Shown: positions 1-8,826 of the stretch, in pieces
How the letters are laid out: the number at the start of each line of letters is the position of its first letter
How positions within the stretch are numbered: position 1 is the stretch's first letter
Source: an uncultured Eubacteriales bacterium
GTDB lineage: Bacteria > Acidobacteriota > Aminicenantia > Aminicenantales > Saccharicenantaceae
DNA: 64,000 nucleotides
Direction: 5' to 3'
NCBI GenBank assembly: GCA_964423315.1
Contig: CAYREO010000016.1
Coordinates: 1,513-65,512 of the forward strand
Program-made: the position numbers and the translations under genes
The notes under the pieces: generated by a model
Seen by the model: the letters and a program-made list of their open reading frames with translations, nothing else
Database searches by the model: none
Told to the model about the DNA's origin: nothing

Positions 1-1
1 G

Positions 2-1783
2 ACCCAGGGAGCATACAGCCTTGAGAAGACCATGTACTCCGACACGGACTTCTGGGTCGTCATCAACGGCCAGACCCGGGTCCTGTATCAGGGTACGCTC
101 CCCTGGTGGGAAGACACCAACCAGAGAAAGCATCTCAAAGCCAACGGCAACCTGTTCGCCGAGAAGGTTCTAAACGGTGACCACGAGGTCAAGTTCGGCG
201 GCGAGTATCACGACGCCGCCTATATCCCCCAGAATATCTACCCCAACCATCGCCTGGTCTACATCCGCCGGCCCGGCGACCCCCCAAGCACGGCCAGAGG
301 CTTTACGCCCGTCAAGTATGACGATCAGTTCGACACCTTCATGGCCTACACGGCCAACGTCGGCAACACCCGTTCCCGTCGCATCAATTTCTATTTGCAG
401 GACACGGCGACCTACGGCCGGTTCACGCTCAACCTCGGGCTCCGTTACGACAAGATCTGGTACCAGTTCCTCGACACCGTAGGGGCGGGTTACCGCCACC
501 GCGTGGTGGGCGCCGCCCAAGGCGTCGCCGATGTCATCCCCTCTTGGGAGCCCTATCTCGGAGACCTTTCCATCCCGGGGTACAAGATCGATGCCCAGCC
601 CTCGGTACTCTCGCCGCGCGTGTCCCTGAACTACGACGTGGCCGGTGACGGCAAGACCGTCGTCAAGCTGACCACGGCCCTGTACGGCCCCAAGCTCGAA
701 GGCAGCCAGGGTCATCAATTCTGGCCCCTGAGCTTCCGGTCGATCACGGTACCCTTTTGGGACCTCAACGGCAATTACATCCCCGACCTCGGTGAGTTCG
801 ACGCTCTGACGCCCTTCGAGATCGACGCCCTCAAGAACGATCCGCCGCCCGGAGCGACCTACGTCGGATATTACGGCTACGGCGGGTTCGACAAGAACGA
901 CCCCACGGCCACCTCCACTAAAAACAAGTACGCCGACAACTACAAGAACCCGAAGACGTTCGAAGTGACCCTGGCTTTGGAGCGGGAGATGTTCCAGGAC
1001 TTCGCGGTGTCGGTGTCCGGCATCTTCAAGCGCTCCTTCGACGACGAGCGCACGCTGACCTACTATCCCGACGGCTCCGTCGATAACCCCAGCAACTACG
1101 AGATCCTGGCCTACGACCCAGAGACGGACCAGAACGTCTACTTCAACACCCTTGGGGGCGGCGTCGGGTCGGTCTTCACGAACTACGACAAGACCCACCA
1201 CCGATATCTCGGGCTCAAGCTGGAAGCCACCAAGCGGCTCTCGAAGAAGTGGATGATGGCGGCCTCTCTCGTACTCCAGGATTGGCGGCGCCGCGATTAT
1301 CTCGACGAGCAGCTCGTCCCTGCGGGTGAAAAGCCCACTAATTGGGACTACTTCTATAATGGCCCCTTTGCGTTAGGCGCCCTGAACGAGGGCTACTTCA
1401 TCAACTCCCGCTGGATTTTCAAAATCAACGGGCTCTATCAGTTGCCGCTGGGCATCAACGCCTCCTGGAACTTCCGCATCCGCGAGGGCTACCCCGTTGA
1501 CCGTGGCTATCCCGTGAAGCAATTCCAAGGGGTTTGGGTGTATGACCCGACGACCAAGTTCGGCGACGATCGGCTGCCCGCGAATTCCCTCCTGAACATC
1601 GGCTTGGAAAAGGTCTTCAACTTGTCCGATGACATCCGGGCCACCCTGATGCTGAACGCCTTCAACATACTCAACAAATTGAACGTCGAAAAAAGAGAAT
1701 GGCGGCCCGGCGACCGGCAGGGAAGCATCATCAACGTCAGCAACCCCGGCCTCATCCAGTTCGGCGCTCGCGTCAACTTCTAG
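2..1783 (+). CDS. TonB-dependent outer-membrane receptor, C-terminal beta-barrel portion (5'-truncated by the window edge)
   Basis: Open frame from position 2 with no stop before the first Met at 32. Beta-barrel-like alternating pattern. Ends in aromatic terminal motif ...FGARVNF, typical of TonB-dependent receptors. The YRHRV and NxxLxN strands resemble the family. Confidence 0.75.
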   Translation, partial: TQGAYSLEKTMYSDTDFWVVINGQTRVLYQGTLPWWEDTNQRKHLKANGNLFAEKVLNGDHEVKFGGEYHDAAYIPQNIYPNHRLVYIRRPGDPPSTARGFTPVKYDDQFDTFMAYTANVGNTRSRRINFYLQDTATYGRFTLNLGLRYDKIWYQFLDTVGAGYRHRVVGAAQGVADVIPSWEPYLGDLSIPGYKIDAQPSVLSPRVSLNYDVAGDGKTVVKLTTALYGPKLEGSQGHQFWPLSFRSITVPFWDLNGNYIPDLGEFDALTPFEIDALKNDPPPGATYVGYYGYGGFDKNDPTATSTKNKYADNYKNPKTFEVTLALEREMFQDFAVSVSGIFKRSFDDERTLTYYPDGSVDNPSNYEILAYDPETDQNVYFNTLGGGVGSVFTNYDKTHHRYLGLKLEATKRLSKKWMMAASLVLQDWRRRDYLDEQLVPAGEKPTNWDYFYNGPFALGALNEGYFINSRWIFKINGLYQLPLGINASWNFRIREGYPVDRGYPVKQFQGVWVYDPTTKFGDDRLPANSLLNIGLEKVFNLSDDIRATLMLNAFNILNKLNVEKREWRPGDRQGSIINVSNPGLIQFGARVNF

Positions 1784-1808
1784 TCTACCCGCTCACGCAC
1801 GAGTTCAA

Positions 1809-1840
1809 GCCGCCCCCCCTCCGGGGGGCGGCTTTTTTTT
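1809..1840 (+). terminator. Rho-independent terminator after the TonB receptor gene
   Basis: Read directly: GCCGCCCCCC-CTCC-GGGGGGCGGC, a perfect 10-bp GC stem, followed by TTTTTTTT. It lies 26 bp after the stop at 1783. Confidence 0.85.
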
Positions 1841-2048
1841 AGTTCATCTCCCAATCTCTGGGGCATGGAGTCAAGGGACCTTCTTCCCTCTCTTCAAAAC
1901 TCGTTAGAACATCGCCTCTTCCGAGGAGTGATCTCACGAACGGGGAGAGCCTCTTCTCCCCGACTTGCACGCTGATATGCAGAAGGGCCGGCCGCGAGGG
2001 AGTCCCGATCCGGTAAAGACTCACGTGATCCGATGCTGTAAGGAGTCG

Positions 2049-4175
2049 CTAACGAGCCCACTCCTCAGCCAGACGGGCAGCTTCCGGACGCAGGGGATTA
2101 TCAGCAGAGGCCCTCGCAAGGAAGTCTTTCATCAAGGACAGGGCGGCCGCGCGCTGCCCTGACTCGTTCTTCATAAGGGCGAAATTATAGAGCACATTGG
2201 CCGGGAATCCGGAAAAGTCCATCGACTTCCGGAAGAAGGCTTCGGCTCTCTCAAATCGCCCCAGACGGGCAAAGGTCACGGCCAATGTGTGAGCAGTTCG
2301 CACTTCGTCGATCTTAGCGGGATCGATTCCTTCGAGGAGGCGGAGGGCCTCCTCCGGGTGTCCGATCTTCAATAAAAGAAGACCCGCGCGGGTCCGGCCC
2401 ATCCCTCTGTCGTCCCCGTCGATCTCGATGAACTTTCGATAATTGGCCAGCGCGTCTTCCTCCCGGCCCAGATTCTGATAAGCTATCCCGATCGCTTCGT
2501 AAAGGCGGGCCGGATCGGGGTAATCGCCTGCCCGTTCAACCGTCAGTAGCTCGGCAAGGCCCCGCTCAAGGTCGCCTTGCTGGATATGGAGAAGCCCCAG
2601 GCGGTACCGGAGGCGGTGGTCGCGGGGATTGACATCCATCCCTTTCAGGAGCACGGCGACGGCCTCCTCCTTGGCTCCTATTCGATTATGGAGCTCGCTG
2701 AGCAGGAGATACGCCGTCAGATTCTGAGGATGGAGGGCGATGGCCCGCTCGAAACATCGTGTCGCTTCTCCAACCCGGCCGTCGGCCGTGGCCCTTTTTC
2801 CCCGGACGATCTCAGCGGCTGAGCCGACGACGTCCTTGGGATCGGGCAGGTCCTCGGCCTTGGCAGAGGGGCGGGCGTTCGAGAGGTACCCCAGGGAAGC
2901 CAGTTTCGACCATTCCTCGTTGGTGACCGTCCGCCTCGAGCTGCGGTCAGCGGAGGCCAACGCCTCGGCCTGCCGGGAAAGGGCCTCTTTCATGTCTTCA
3001 GCCCTAGCCGGGTCCCTGGCGATCAGGTTTTCCCGCTCGAAGGGGTCCTTCTCCGTATCATATAGCTCGGCCCGGGGCAAATCGAGGAATTTATAACGCC
3101 CTGTGATCAGACCGACGACCGGTGCGGCCCCCATGTCCTCCAATGCATAGAGACTTTCCAGATAAAAATCCCGCTTAGCAAGTCGACCGCCACGGATCGC
3201 AGGGAGCAGAGAAAGGCCATCACCGGGGCCCGGCGGGGCGAACCCCAGCAGATCAAGGACGGTCGGCATGAGATCGACGAGCGAGGCCCGTTCCTGGGAG
3301 CGGAGCGCAGCCGGCAGGACTCCGGGGAAGGACATGATAAGCGGGACTCGGATGTTCTCTTCATAGCAGAAGATGGAATGCCCGAGCTCCCCGTGTTCGC
3401 CGAATGCTTCGCCGTGATCCGCGGTCAGAATGACCATGGTCCGGTCGGTCAGGCCTTCGGCCTTGAGCACATCGAGGATCCGGCCGATAGCGGAATCGAC
3501 AAAGGCGATTTCCCCGTCGTATGGGTCATCGAACCGGGATCGGTAGGGCTCGGGAGGATCGTATTCCATGTGAGGGTCCCAGAAGTGTATCCATGAGAAG
3601 AATCTCCCCTTCTCTCGGCCACGGAACCAATCCAGGAAATCCGCAAGGACCTCGTCCGCGTTCCGTTCGGCGTACCAGCTCCCTGGCAGCGCCTCGTTGA
3701 CCTCGTCGCTGTAATGGTCGAATCCCTGGTCGAGGCCGAACCGGGCGTCGAGGACGAACGCGGACACGAATGCCGATGTCCTGAATCCTCGTTCCTTGAG
3801 AAGGGCCGCCAGGGTCGGCACGTTCCCTGGGAGGGAATAGAGGCCGTTGTTGCGAACGCCGTGGCTGGGCGGATACAGGCCGCTCATGATCGATGCGTGC
3901 GAGGGAAGGGTGAGTGGGACGGGGGTGACGGTATTCTCGAAAAGGACGCCCCGGGCGGCCAATCCGTCCATATTCGGAGTCCCTGCTTTCGAATAACCGT
4001 AGGCCCCCACACGGTCGGCTCTCAGGGTGTCGACCGTGATGAGAAGGACGTTCGAGTCCGCGGGCGGCGCTCCGAGGCGCGCACCGCCCCCTCCGCCTCT
4101 GATTAGCCAGAGGGCCAACGCCGCCACCGCTGCGCAGGCCAGAAGGAGTCCGATGGCCCTGATCGTCTTGCTCAC
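2049..4175 (-). CDS. Alkaline-phosphatase-superfamily sulfatase-like hydrolase/transferase with C-terminal TPR repeats; N-terminal signal/TM anchor
   Basis: N-terminus MSKTIRAIGLLLACAAVAALALW is hydrophobic. LLITVDTLRADRVGAYG metal-binding/nucleophile block has Thr at the nucleophile position, not the Cys/Ser of FGE-dependent sulfatases. LTADHGEAFGEHGELGHS is sulfatase-family like. The C-terminal half has TPR-like repeats (AIALHPQNLTAYLLLSELH, YRLGLLHIQQGDLE, YEAIGIAYQNLGREEDA). Confidence 0.8.
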   Translation of the reverse strand: MSKTIRAIGLLLACAAVAALALWLIRGGGGGARLGAPPADSNVLLITVDTLRADRVGAYGYSKAGTPNMDGLAARGVLFENTVTPVPLTLPSHASIMSGLYPPSHGVRNNGLYSLPGNVPTLAALLKERGFRTSAFVSAFVLDARFGLDQGFDHYSDEVNEALPGSWYAERNADEVLADFLDWFRGREKGRFFSWIHFWDPHMEYDPPEPYRSRFDDPYDGEIAFVDSAIGRILDVLKAEGLTDRTMVILTADHGEAFGEHGELGHSIFCYEENIRVPLIMSFPGVLPAALRSQERASLVDLMPTVLDLLGFAPPGPGDGLSLLPAIRGGRLAKRDFYLESLYALEDMGAAPVVGLITGRYKFLDLPRAELYDTEKDPFERENLIARDPARAEDMKEALSRQAEALASADRSSRRTVTNEEWSKLASLGYLSNARPSAKAEDLPDPKDVVGSAAEIVRGKRATADGRVGEATRCFERAIALHPQNLTAYLLLSELHNRIGAKEEAVAVLLKGMDVNPRDHRLRYRLGLLHIQQGDLERGLAELLTVERAGDYPDPARLYEAIGIAYQNLGREEDALANYRKFIEIDGDDRGMGRTRAGLLLLKIGHPEEALRLLEGIDPAKIDEVRTAHTLAVTFARLGRFERAEAFFRKSMDFSGFPANVLYNFALMKNESGQRAAALSLMKDFLARASADNPLRPEAARLAEEWAR

Positions 4176-4220
4176 GTCTCTCTGCAGGCTGCTCTCCGAA
4201 GCCTCCCCGGGGGCTGCCGG

Positions 4221-4925
4221 CTACGGCCGTCCCTTCGACAGGGCCTCGATGATGGCCTTGGCCGTGCCGGCGTTGGGGGAGTCGGGGGCCAGCTCCAAGA
4301 ACCGAATGAGGGCCTGGACCGCCTCGGGGTTTTTTCCGAGGGCCGTATAGGCCAACCCGAGCTGATAAAAACCGTCGCCGAATTCCGAGTCGATGTCGAT
4401 GGCCTTCCGGAAATACGGGAGGGACTCCTCAGCTTTGCCGTTGTTATAGAACAGAATCCCCGTATTATAAGCCGTGACGATGTCCTTGATCCCATCGAGG
4501 GGGATCTTTCGATACCACTCCAAAGCCTCCTCCATACGGCCCCAGTTGTTGTAGGTTCCGGCGATCCTGTTGATGATGTCCTCGCTTTCCGGCATCTCCC
4601 GGTAAACCCGCATGAACATCTCCAGCGCGGCCTCATAGTTCTCCATGCTGAACTCGCAATTGCCGAGGCTCGTATAAATGATGAACACATCGGGGTATTT
4701 CTCCAGAAGGCCCTCGAAGAACTGCCGGGCCTCAAGGAATTTCCCCTCATCGAACAGAGCGTTGCCCTTCCCAAATTCCTCCACGATGCCGGCCGAGACC
4801 TTGATGCCTTTAATCGGCCGCATCGTGGTCTCCAGAAGCGGGATTTTGGCCCCGGACTCGGCGACGACACGCGCGGTGATCTTCTTCGTCTCGTATCCTG
4901 GCTTATCGAATTCGATGTTCCACAT
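4221..4925 (-). CDS. TPR repeat protein
   Basis: Repeated 34-residue TPR-like units (GNALFDEGKFLEARQFFEGLLEKYPD, YTSLGNCEFSMENYEAALEMF, YNTGILFYNNGKAEESLPYFRKAIDID, YQLGLAYTALGKNPEAVQAL). It sits 45 bp upstream of the sulfatase-like gene on the same strand. Confidence 0.7.
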   Translation of the reverse strand: MWNIEFDKPGYETKKITARVVAESGAKIPLLETTMRPIKGIKVSAGIVEEFGKGNALFDEGKFLEARQFFEGLLEKYPDVFIIYTSLGNCEFSMENYEAALEMFMRVYREMPESEDIINRIAGTYNNWGRMEEALEWYRKIPLDGIKDIVTAYNTGILFYNNGKAEESLPYFRKAIDIDSEFGDGFYQLGLAYTALGKNPEAVQALIRFLELAPDSPNAGTAKAIIEALSKGRP

Positions 4926-4952
4926 CCCAGACCGAAGATATTAGGCCTTCCA

Positions 4953-5171
4953 CTACCTTTCTTTGCCGGTTTTGGGCGAGTTCGAGTGGTACTGCCCGGC
5001 CATGACAGAATAGAGCCGAACGGCAACACCGGAAATGGGTTCCCCCGTCTCTTCATCGGTCACCACGCCCCGGACACGCGCCCGGCCCTGGGTCTGTCCG
5101 GCTAGCTCGGAAGCTGCTGGGAGGAGCAATAAAAAGGTTAGCCAAAAAACAGTTATCAGTTGTTTTCTCAT
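4953..5171 (-). CDS. Small ORF encoding a signal peptide plus a carboxypeptidase-regulatory-like (CarbopepD_reg) N-terminal fragment; possible gene remnant
   Basis: MRKQLITVFWLTFLLLLPAASELAGQTQGRARVRGVVTDEETGEPISGVAVRLY is a signal peptide followed by a motif typical of CarbopepD_reg domains. It is in the same frame as the downstream TPR gene but separated from it by two stops (TAG and TAA). Confidence 0.3.
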   Translation of the reverse strand: MRKQLITVFWLTFLLLLPAASELAGQTQGRARVRGVVTDEETGEPISGVAVRLYSVMAGQYHSNSPKTGKER

Positions 5172-5188
5172 TGTCACTTCCCGTCTAC

Positions 5189-5217
5189 ATTTTACGCGAA
5201 ATTCACTATGTTTTCAA
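5189..5217 (-). promoter_or_regulatory. σ70-like promoter for the minus-strand small-ORF/TPR/sulfatase-like operon
   Basis: On the minus strand: TTGAAA-N17-TAAAAT, about 11 nt upstream of the ATG at 5171. Confidence 0.4.
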
Positions 5218-5237
5218 CCTGATAGAATATAAATGAC

Positions 5238-5266
5238 TTGACACGATATCCGATATTATATATATC
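5238..5266 (+). promoter_or_regulatory. σ70-like promoter of the GntR regulator gene (predicts a leaderless mRNA), overlapping a palindromic AT-rich motif
   Basis: TTGACA (5238-5243), N17, TATATC (5261-5266). The ATG at 5273 is only 7 nt downstream, so the mRNA would be leaderless. The spacer carries CGATATCCGATATTATATATATCGG (5244-5268), a near-palindrome. Confidence 0.4.
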
Positions 5267-5272
5267 GGAGAC

Positions 5273-5977
5273 ATGAGGAAACCGACAAATCTCGTCTACG
5301 ACTACCTGCGGGAACAAATGAAAAAAGGTGATCTCAAGGCCGGCGACTCCATCAACATGGACCAAACGGCCAAAAGCCTGGGGATCAGCAAGACCCCCCT
5401 CCGAGAGGCCCTCATCAAGCTCGAGGCCGAGGGCTTCGTCAAGATTATCCCATGGAGCGGGGTCGTCGTCAACACCTTATCTCTCAAGGATTTCGAGGAG
5501 TGCTACGAAGTGATCGGGGCCCTGGAAGCCGCCACGCTTCTCAAGGCTGCTCCGCGAATCACCAAGAAACACGTCGAAGCCATGCAGAAGCTCAACGATG
5601 AGATGAAGCGCTCGATCGACGCCCATGATTTCGATGCCTATTACCGCAAGAACCTCCGTTTCCACGAAACATATATCCAGCTGTCGGGCAACACCCTCAT
5701 GGTCCACTCCATTGACATCCTGAAAAAGAGGCTATACGAATTCACCAGGCCCAACGAGTTCATCCGGGAGTGGGAGGATGTTTCGATTGGCGAGCATCAG
5801 ACGCTTATCGATCATCTGAGGAAGGGCGATTTCGCCGCCGGTGCCGATTTTCTACGCAACACCATTTGGTCCTTCGAAAAGCAAAAGGAATTCATCATCC
5901 AATACTACGGATTCAGCCGCCACAGCCATCCTCCCCAGGAGCCCGCCTCGAGCGCACCCCGGCCCAGCGATGACTGA
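5273..5977 (+). CDS. GntR-family transcriptional regulator (FadR/FCD subfamily)
   Basis: N-terminal winged-HTH MDQTAKSLGISKTPLREALIKLEAEGFV matches the GntR signature. The C-terminal all-helical region (FCD-like) has His residues (RFHETY, HLRKGDF). Confidence 0.85.
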   Translation: MRKPTNLVYDYLREQMKKGDLKAGDSINMDQTAKSLGISKTPLREALIKLEAEGFVKIIPWSGVVVNTLSLKDFEECYEVIGALEAATLLKAAPRITKKHVEAMQKLNDEMKRSIDAHDFDAYYRKNLRFHETYIQLSGNTLMVHSIDILKKRLYEFTRPNEFIREWEDVSIGEHQTLIDHLRKGDFAAGADFLRNTIWSFEKQKEFIIQYYGFSRHSHPPQEPASSAPRPSDD

Positions 5978-6010
5978 ACCCGTCCTGCTCCGGCCACAGT
6001 CCCGGCACCC

Positions 6011-7045
6011 ATGATCTTCAAGGTCACCGATTACATCGAGCCTGATCTTCTCTGGGAGGCGGAGGAGTGCCGCAAGCTTGGCCTGACCTTCGAGGCCTTC
6101 CAGCTCAAGGAGGCCGGCCCGGAAGAGATCATCGCCAAAGTCGGCGACGCCGATATCCTGCTTGTCAACATGGCGCGGATCAGCGCCGAGGTCGTCGCCG
6201 GCCTGACCGCAGCCAAGGTCATCATCCGCCACGGCATCGGGTACGACAACGTCGACGTGGCCGCCCTGACGCGCGCCGGCATAGTCTTCGCCAACGAAGC
6301 AACAGCCTCCAGCGAGGACGTCGCCGAGCACGCCGTCATGCTGATGTTCCAAACCTACAAAAAGAGCCGCATCCAAGAGCGTCTCCTTCATGAATGGATC
6401 GCCTCAAGGCGCTGGAGCTCGCAGCGGCTCCAACCACTCCACCGCATCAAGGGCAAGACCATTGGGCTTCTGGGCTGCGGGAACATCGGTAGCCGGGTCC
6501 TCGCCAAGATCTCGGGGCTGGGAGTAGAGGTCCTCGTCTGCGACCCTTATCTGAAGCCACAGAGATGGGCGGCACTGAACATGTCGCACACGCCTTTCCA
6601 AGAAGTCCTTGAGCGCTCCGACATCCTGTCTCTGCACTTGCCGGTCACGCCTGAGACTCACCACCTCCTCGACAGCCGGGCGTTCGCCCTGATGAAAAGG
6701 GGGGCTGTCGTCGTCAATACGTCCCGGGGAGCCATCATTAAGACCGATGACCTCGTGGCGGCTCTCAAGGAGGGCCGGATTGCCGGTGCCGGGCTTGACG
6801 TTTTTGAGCAAGAACCCCCCGACCGCCGGCTCGAGCTTCTGTCCATGGAGACAGTTGTCCTAACTCCACATGTCGCATGGTACAGTGAGGAGGGAGGCTG
6901 GGACATCCGGCGCATGATCATGGACGACATCAAGGCGGTCCTTGCCGCAACTCCCCCCCGCTATGTAATCAACAAAGAGGTTTTCGGCGCGAATAACCTT
7001 CGCTTCTCGGCATTCTCCCGTAAAAACCCGAAGAGGCTCGGGTGA
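6011..7045 (+). CDS. D-isomer-specific 2-hydroxyacid dehydrogenase (NAD-binding; PGDH/GyaR-like)
   Basis: Rossmann motif GLLGCGNIGSRV. Catalytic-domain blocks VVNTSRGAIIKTDDLVAALKEGRIAGAGLDVFEQEP and TPHVAWYSEE are classic for the 2-Hacid_dh family. Confidence 0.85.
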   Translation: MIFKVTDYIEPDLLWEAEECRKLGLTFEAFQLKEAGPEEIIAKVGDADILLVNMARISAEVVAGLTAAKVIIRHGIGYDNVDVAALTRAGIVFANEATASSEDVAEHAVMLMFQTYKKSRIQERLLHEWIASRRWSSQRLQPLHRIKGKTIGLLGCGNIGSRVLAKISGLGVEVLVCDPYLKPQRWAALNMSHTPFQEVLERSDILSLHLPVTPETHHLLDSRAFALMKRGAVVVNTSRGAIIKTDDLVAALKEGRIAGAGLDVFEQEPPDRRLELLSMETVVLTPHVAWYSEEGGWDIRRMIMDDIKAVLAATPPRYVINKEVFGANNLRFSAFSRKNPKRLG

Positions 7046-7138
7046 GCCCACCAAAAGATCCCTTCTCAGTCTGTTTTTGAGATTCGTCCGGGCTGTATAA
7101 CAAACTCATAAATTGTTGGTAATAATTCAAAAACATTC

Positions 7139-7167
7139 TTGACAACTCCCTATCAGGCGGATATGAT
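7139..7167 (+). promoter_or_regulatory. σ70-like promoter upstream of lipoprotein paralog A / KdgK / Eda operon, with ATATGATATATCGTAT motif
   Basis: TTGACA (7139-7144), N17, TATGAT (7162-7167). The motif ATATGATATATCGTAT lies at 7161-7176. RBS AAGGAGA precedes the ATG at 7249. Confidence 0.45.
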
Positions 7168-7248
7168 ATATCGTATAAGAAATATGTCCATTGCCTGCTA
7201 TGCTCGATTGACATCCACAGCGGGCGGAATTCATAAGGAGACTCTTCC

Positions 7249-8805
7249 ATGATTTCATCGAGGATTCGTTTACTCATTCTGCTTTTGGCCGCTTGGATCA
7301 TCACCGCCTGCGCCCCAGAGGACGGGGTCGACAAGTCCGGGCCGGTAACCGTCGGTCCCCGCGGCATTCTTCACAAAGGGATCACCACTGTCGTCGAGGA
7401 ACCCTCCGTCCTCAGCGCCTCGGAGGCCGAGCGCAAAACGACCGCCGAATCTCTGGACAAGGCAGGTCTTCTCTATTCCGCGAAGGTTGCCGTCGACAAG
7501 GACGAGAAAATGCTTGTGCCGCCGCCTTCCGTCGCGCGTTTCGCAGGCCGAGATTTTACGGTTGCCGCAACCCCTCCCGAGATCGAGTTTGGGATCGTCC
7601 CCGTCCGCCCGTTCTTCTTCGCCGATCCCCCCCCTGGGAACACGGTCGGGCCCTGGTCCAATTGGTCCCAGGCCAACTACTACCCTCCCTTGGGTAAATT
7701 TTATTCCTCGGTGGGCGACCACGCCTCCTATGACGCGCATATCTATATCGTGGAATATGATCCGGCAGTCAAAGCCATCCGCGTCCTCCCTGAGGTCAAC
7801 CAGGTCCTGGGGCGAACAAAATCCCAGTTCTCGGAGGGTAAGATCCACGGATGGCTCGATTTCTACGACGGTCCGAACCTTTGGTACTGCACCTACTGGG
7901 CCAAATACCCGGAACCGACAGAGGAGGACTACGCAACCGGTTATGAAGGCGGCCACATCATGAGCCTCAACGTCGAGACCGGGGATATCGTCGATTACGG
8001 TGTGCCCATGGTCCGTGCTTCCTGGCCCTACCACCGAGTCGATACCCGGAGGGGGATGCTCTATGCCGTCGGCATGTTCGGCGAGTTTTTGGCTTGGGAC
8101 ATCCGAGAACAGAAAACGAAATGGGCAGGTTACCTACCGGAGGGGATGAAATGGTGGGTCCGGGCGATCATGATCGACGAGGAGACCGGCCTGGTCTATA
8201 CGACGAACATGGCCGATGCCGATGCGGGACTCAAGCACCTCATTTGCTACGATCCCCATAAGAACCGTTTCACCCAGCTCGAAGCTGGGATGCCTAAGAA
8301 CAGCCTCACGGGAACGGTCGACCAGATGAGGGCCCAAACCCCACACCGCGGACCTGACGGTCTGATCTATGGAGTCACCCAGTCAGGGGAGCTTTTCACC
8401 TTTGACCCGGTCACCGGTGTCGTCAGCGGCCGCGGTATCAACTGGCCCGGCCAGGAGCGCTATACATGTTCGATGGACCGCAGCCCGGGAGGACGTTACA
8501 TCTATTACCTCCCCGGCGCCCACGGTCTCGGCTTCCAAGACGGCTCTCCCCTTATCCAATTCGATACTCAAACGGGACGCAAGAAGGTGCTGGCCTTTCT
8601 TTTCCCCTACTATTACGAGAAATACGGATATACGCCGGGAGGAACGTTCTCCATCCGTCTGGATGACAAGGGAGAGCGTCTTTTCATCCTCTGGAACGGG
8701 GGCTTCGTCGATATTGAGGCCCAGCTGAAGAAGGACCGTCCGGACGTGTTCGGGCAGTGCGCAGTCATGCTCGTTCATATCCCGGAGAGCGAACGCATCG
8801 AGTGA
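7249..8805 (+). CDS. Secreted lipoprotein, member A of a 3-copy paralogous family of unknown function (β-propeller-like)
   Basis: Lipoprotein signal MISSRIRLLILLLAAWIITAC. Shares conserved blocks with 32952..34382 and 59630..61051: KIHGW..DGPNLW, RKKVLAFLFPYYYEKYGY, and C-terminal VMLVHIPESER. Confidence 0.7.
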   Translation: MISSRIRLLILLLAAWIITACAPEDGVDKSGPVTVGPRGILHKGITTVVEEPSVLSASEAERKTTAESLDKAGLLYSAKVAVDKDEKMLVPPPSVARFAGRDFTVAATPPEIEFGIVPVRPFFFADPPPGNTVGPWSNWSQANYYPPLGKFYSSVGDHASYDAHIYIVEYDPAVKAIRVLPEVNQVLGRTKSQFSEGKIHGWLDFYDGPNLWYCTYWAKYPEPTEEDYATGYEGGHIMSLNVETGDIVDYGVPMVRASWPYHRVDTRRGMLYAVGMFGEFLAWDIREQKTKWAGYLPEGMKWWVRAIMIDEETGLVYTTNMADADAGLKHLICYDPHKNRFTQLEAGMPKNSLTGTVDQMRAQTPHRGPDGLIYGVTQSGELFTFDPVTGVVSGRGINWPGQERYTCSMDRSPGGRYIYYLPGAHGLGFQDGSPLIQFDTQTGRKKVLAFLFPYYYEKYGYTPGGTFSIRLDDKGERLFILWNGGFVDIEAQLKKDRPDVFGQCAVMLVHIPESERIE

Positions 8806-8826
8806 TGGGGCCCCGGGAGCCCCACG

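Noticed and set aside
170-1201. 343-aa antisense ORF inside the TonB receptor gene, and many similar long ORFs on opposite strands (for example 4172..5056, 22140..23279, 30890..32818, 59678..60658, 54087..55571, 55782..57587)
   Set aside because: High-GC DNA produces long stop-free antisense frames. Their translations are low-complexity (Arg/Gly/Pro/Ala-rich) with no domain signatures, and they are fully overlapped by ORFs with clear family motifs.
4925-4955. Programmed stop-codon read-through joining the 74-aa ORF to the TPR protein
   Set aside because: Two in-frame stops (TAG and TAA) within 9 codons make read-through implausible; treated as a split or remnant gene instead.
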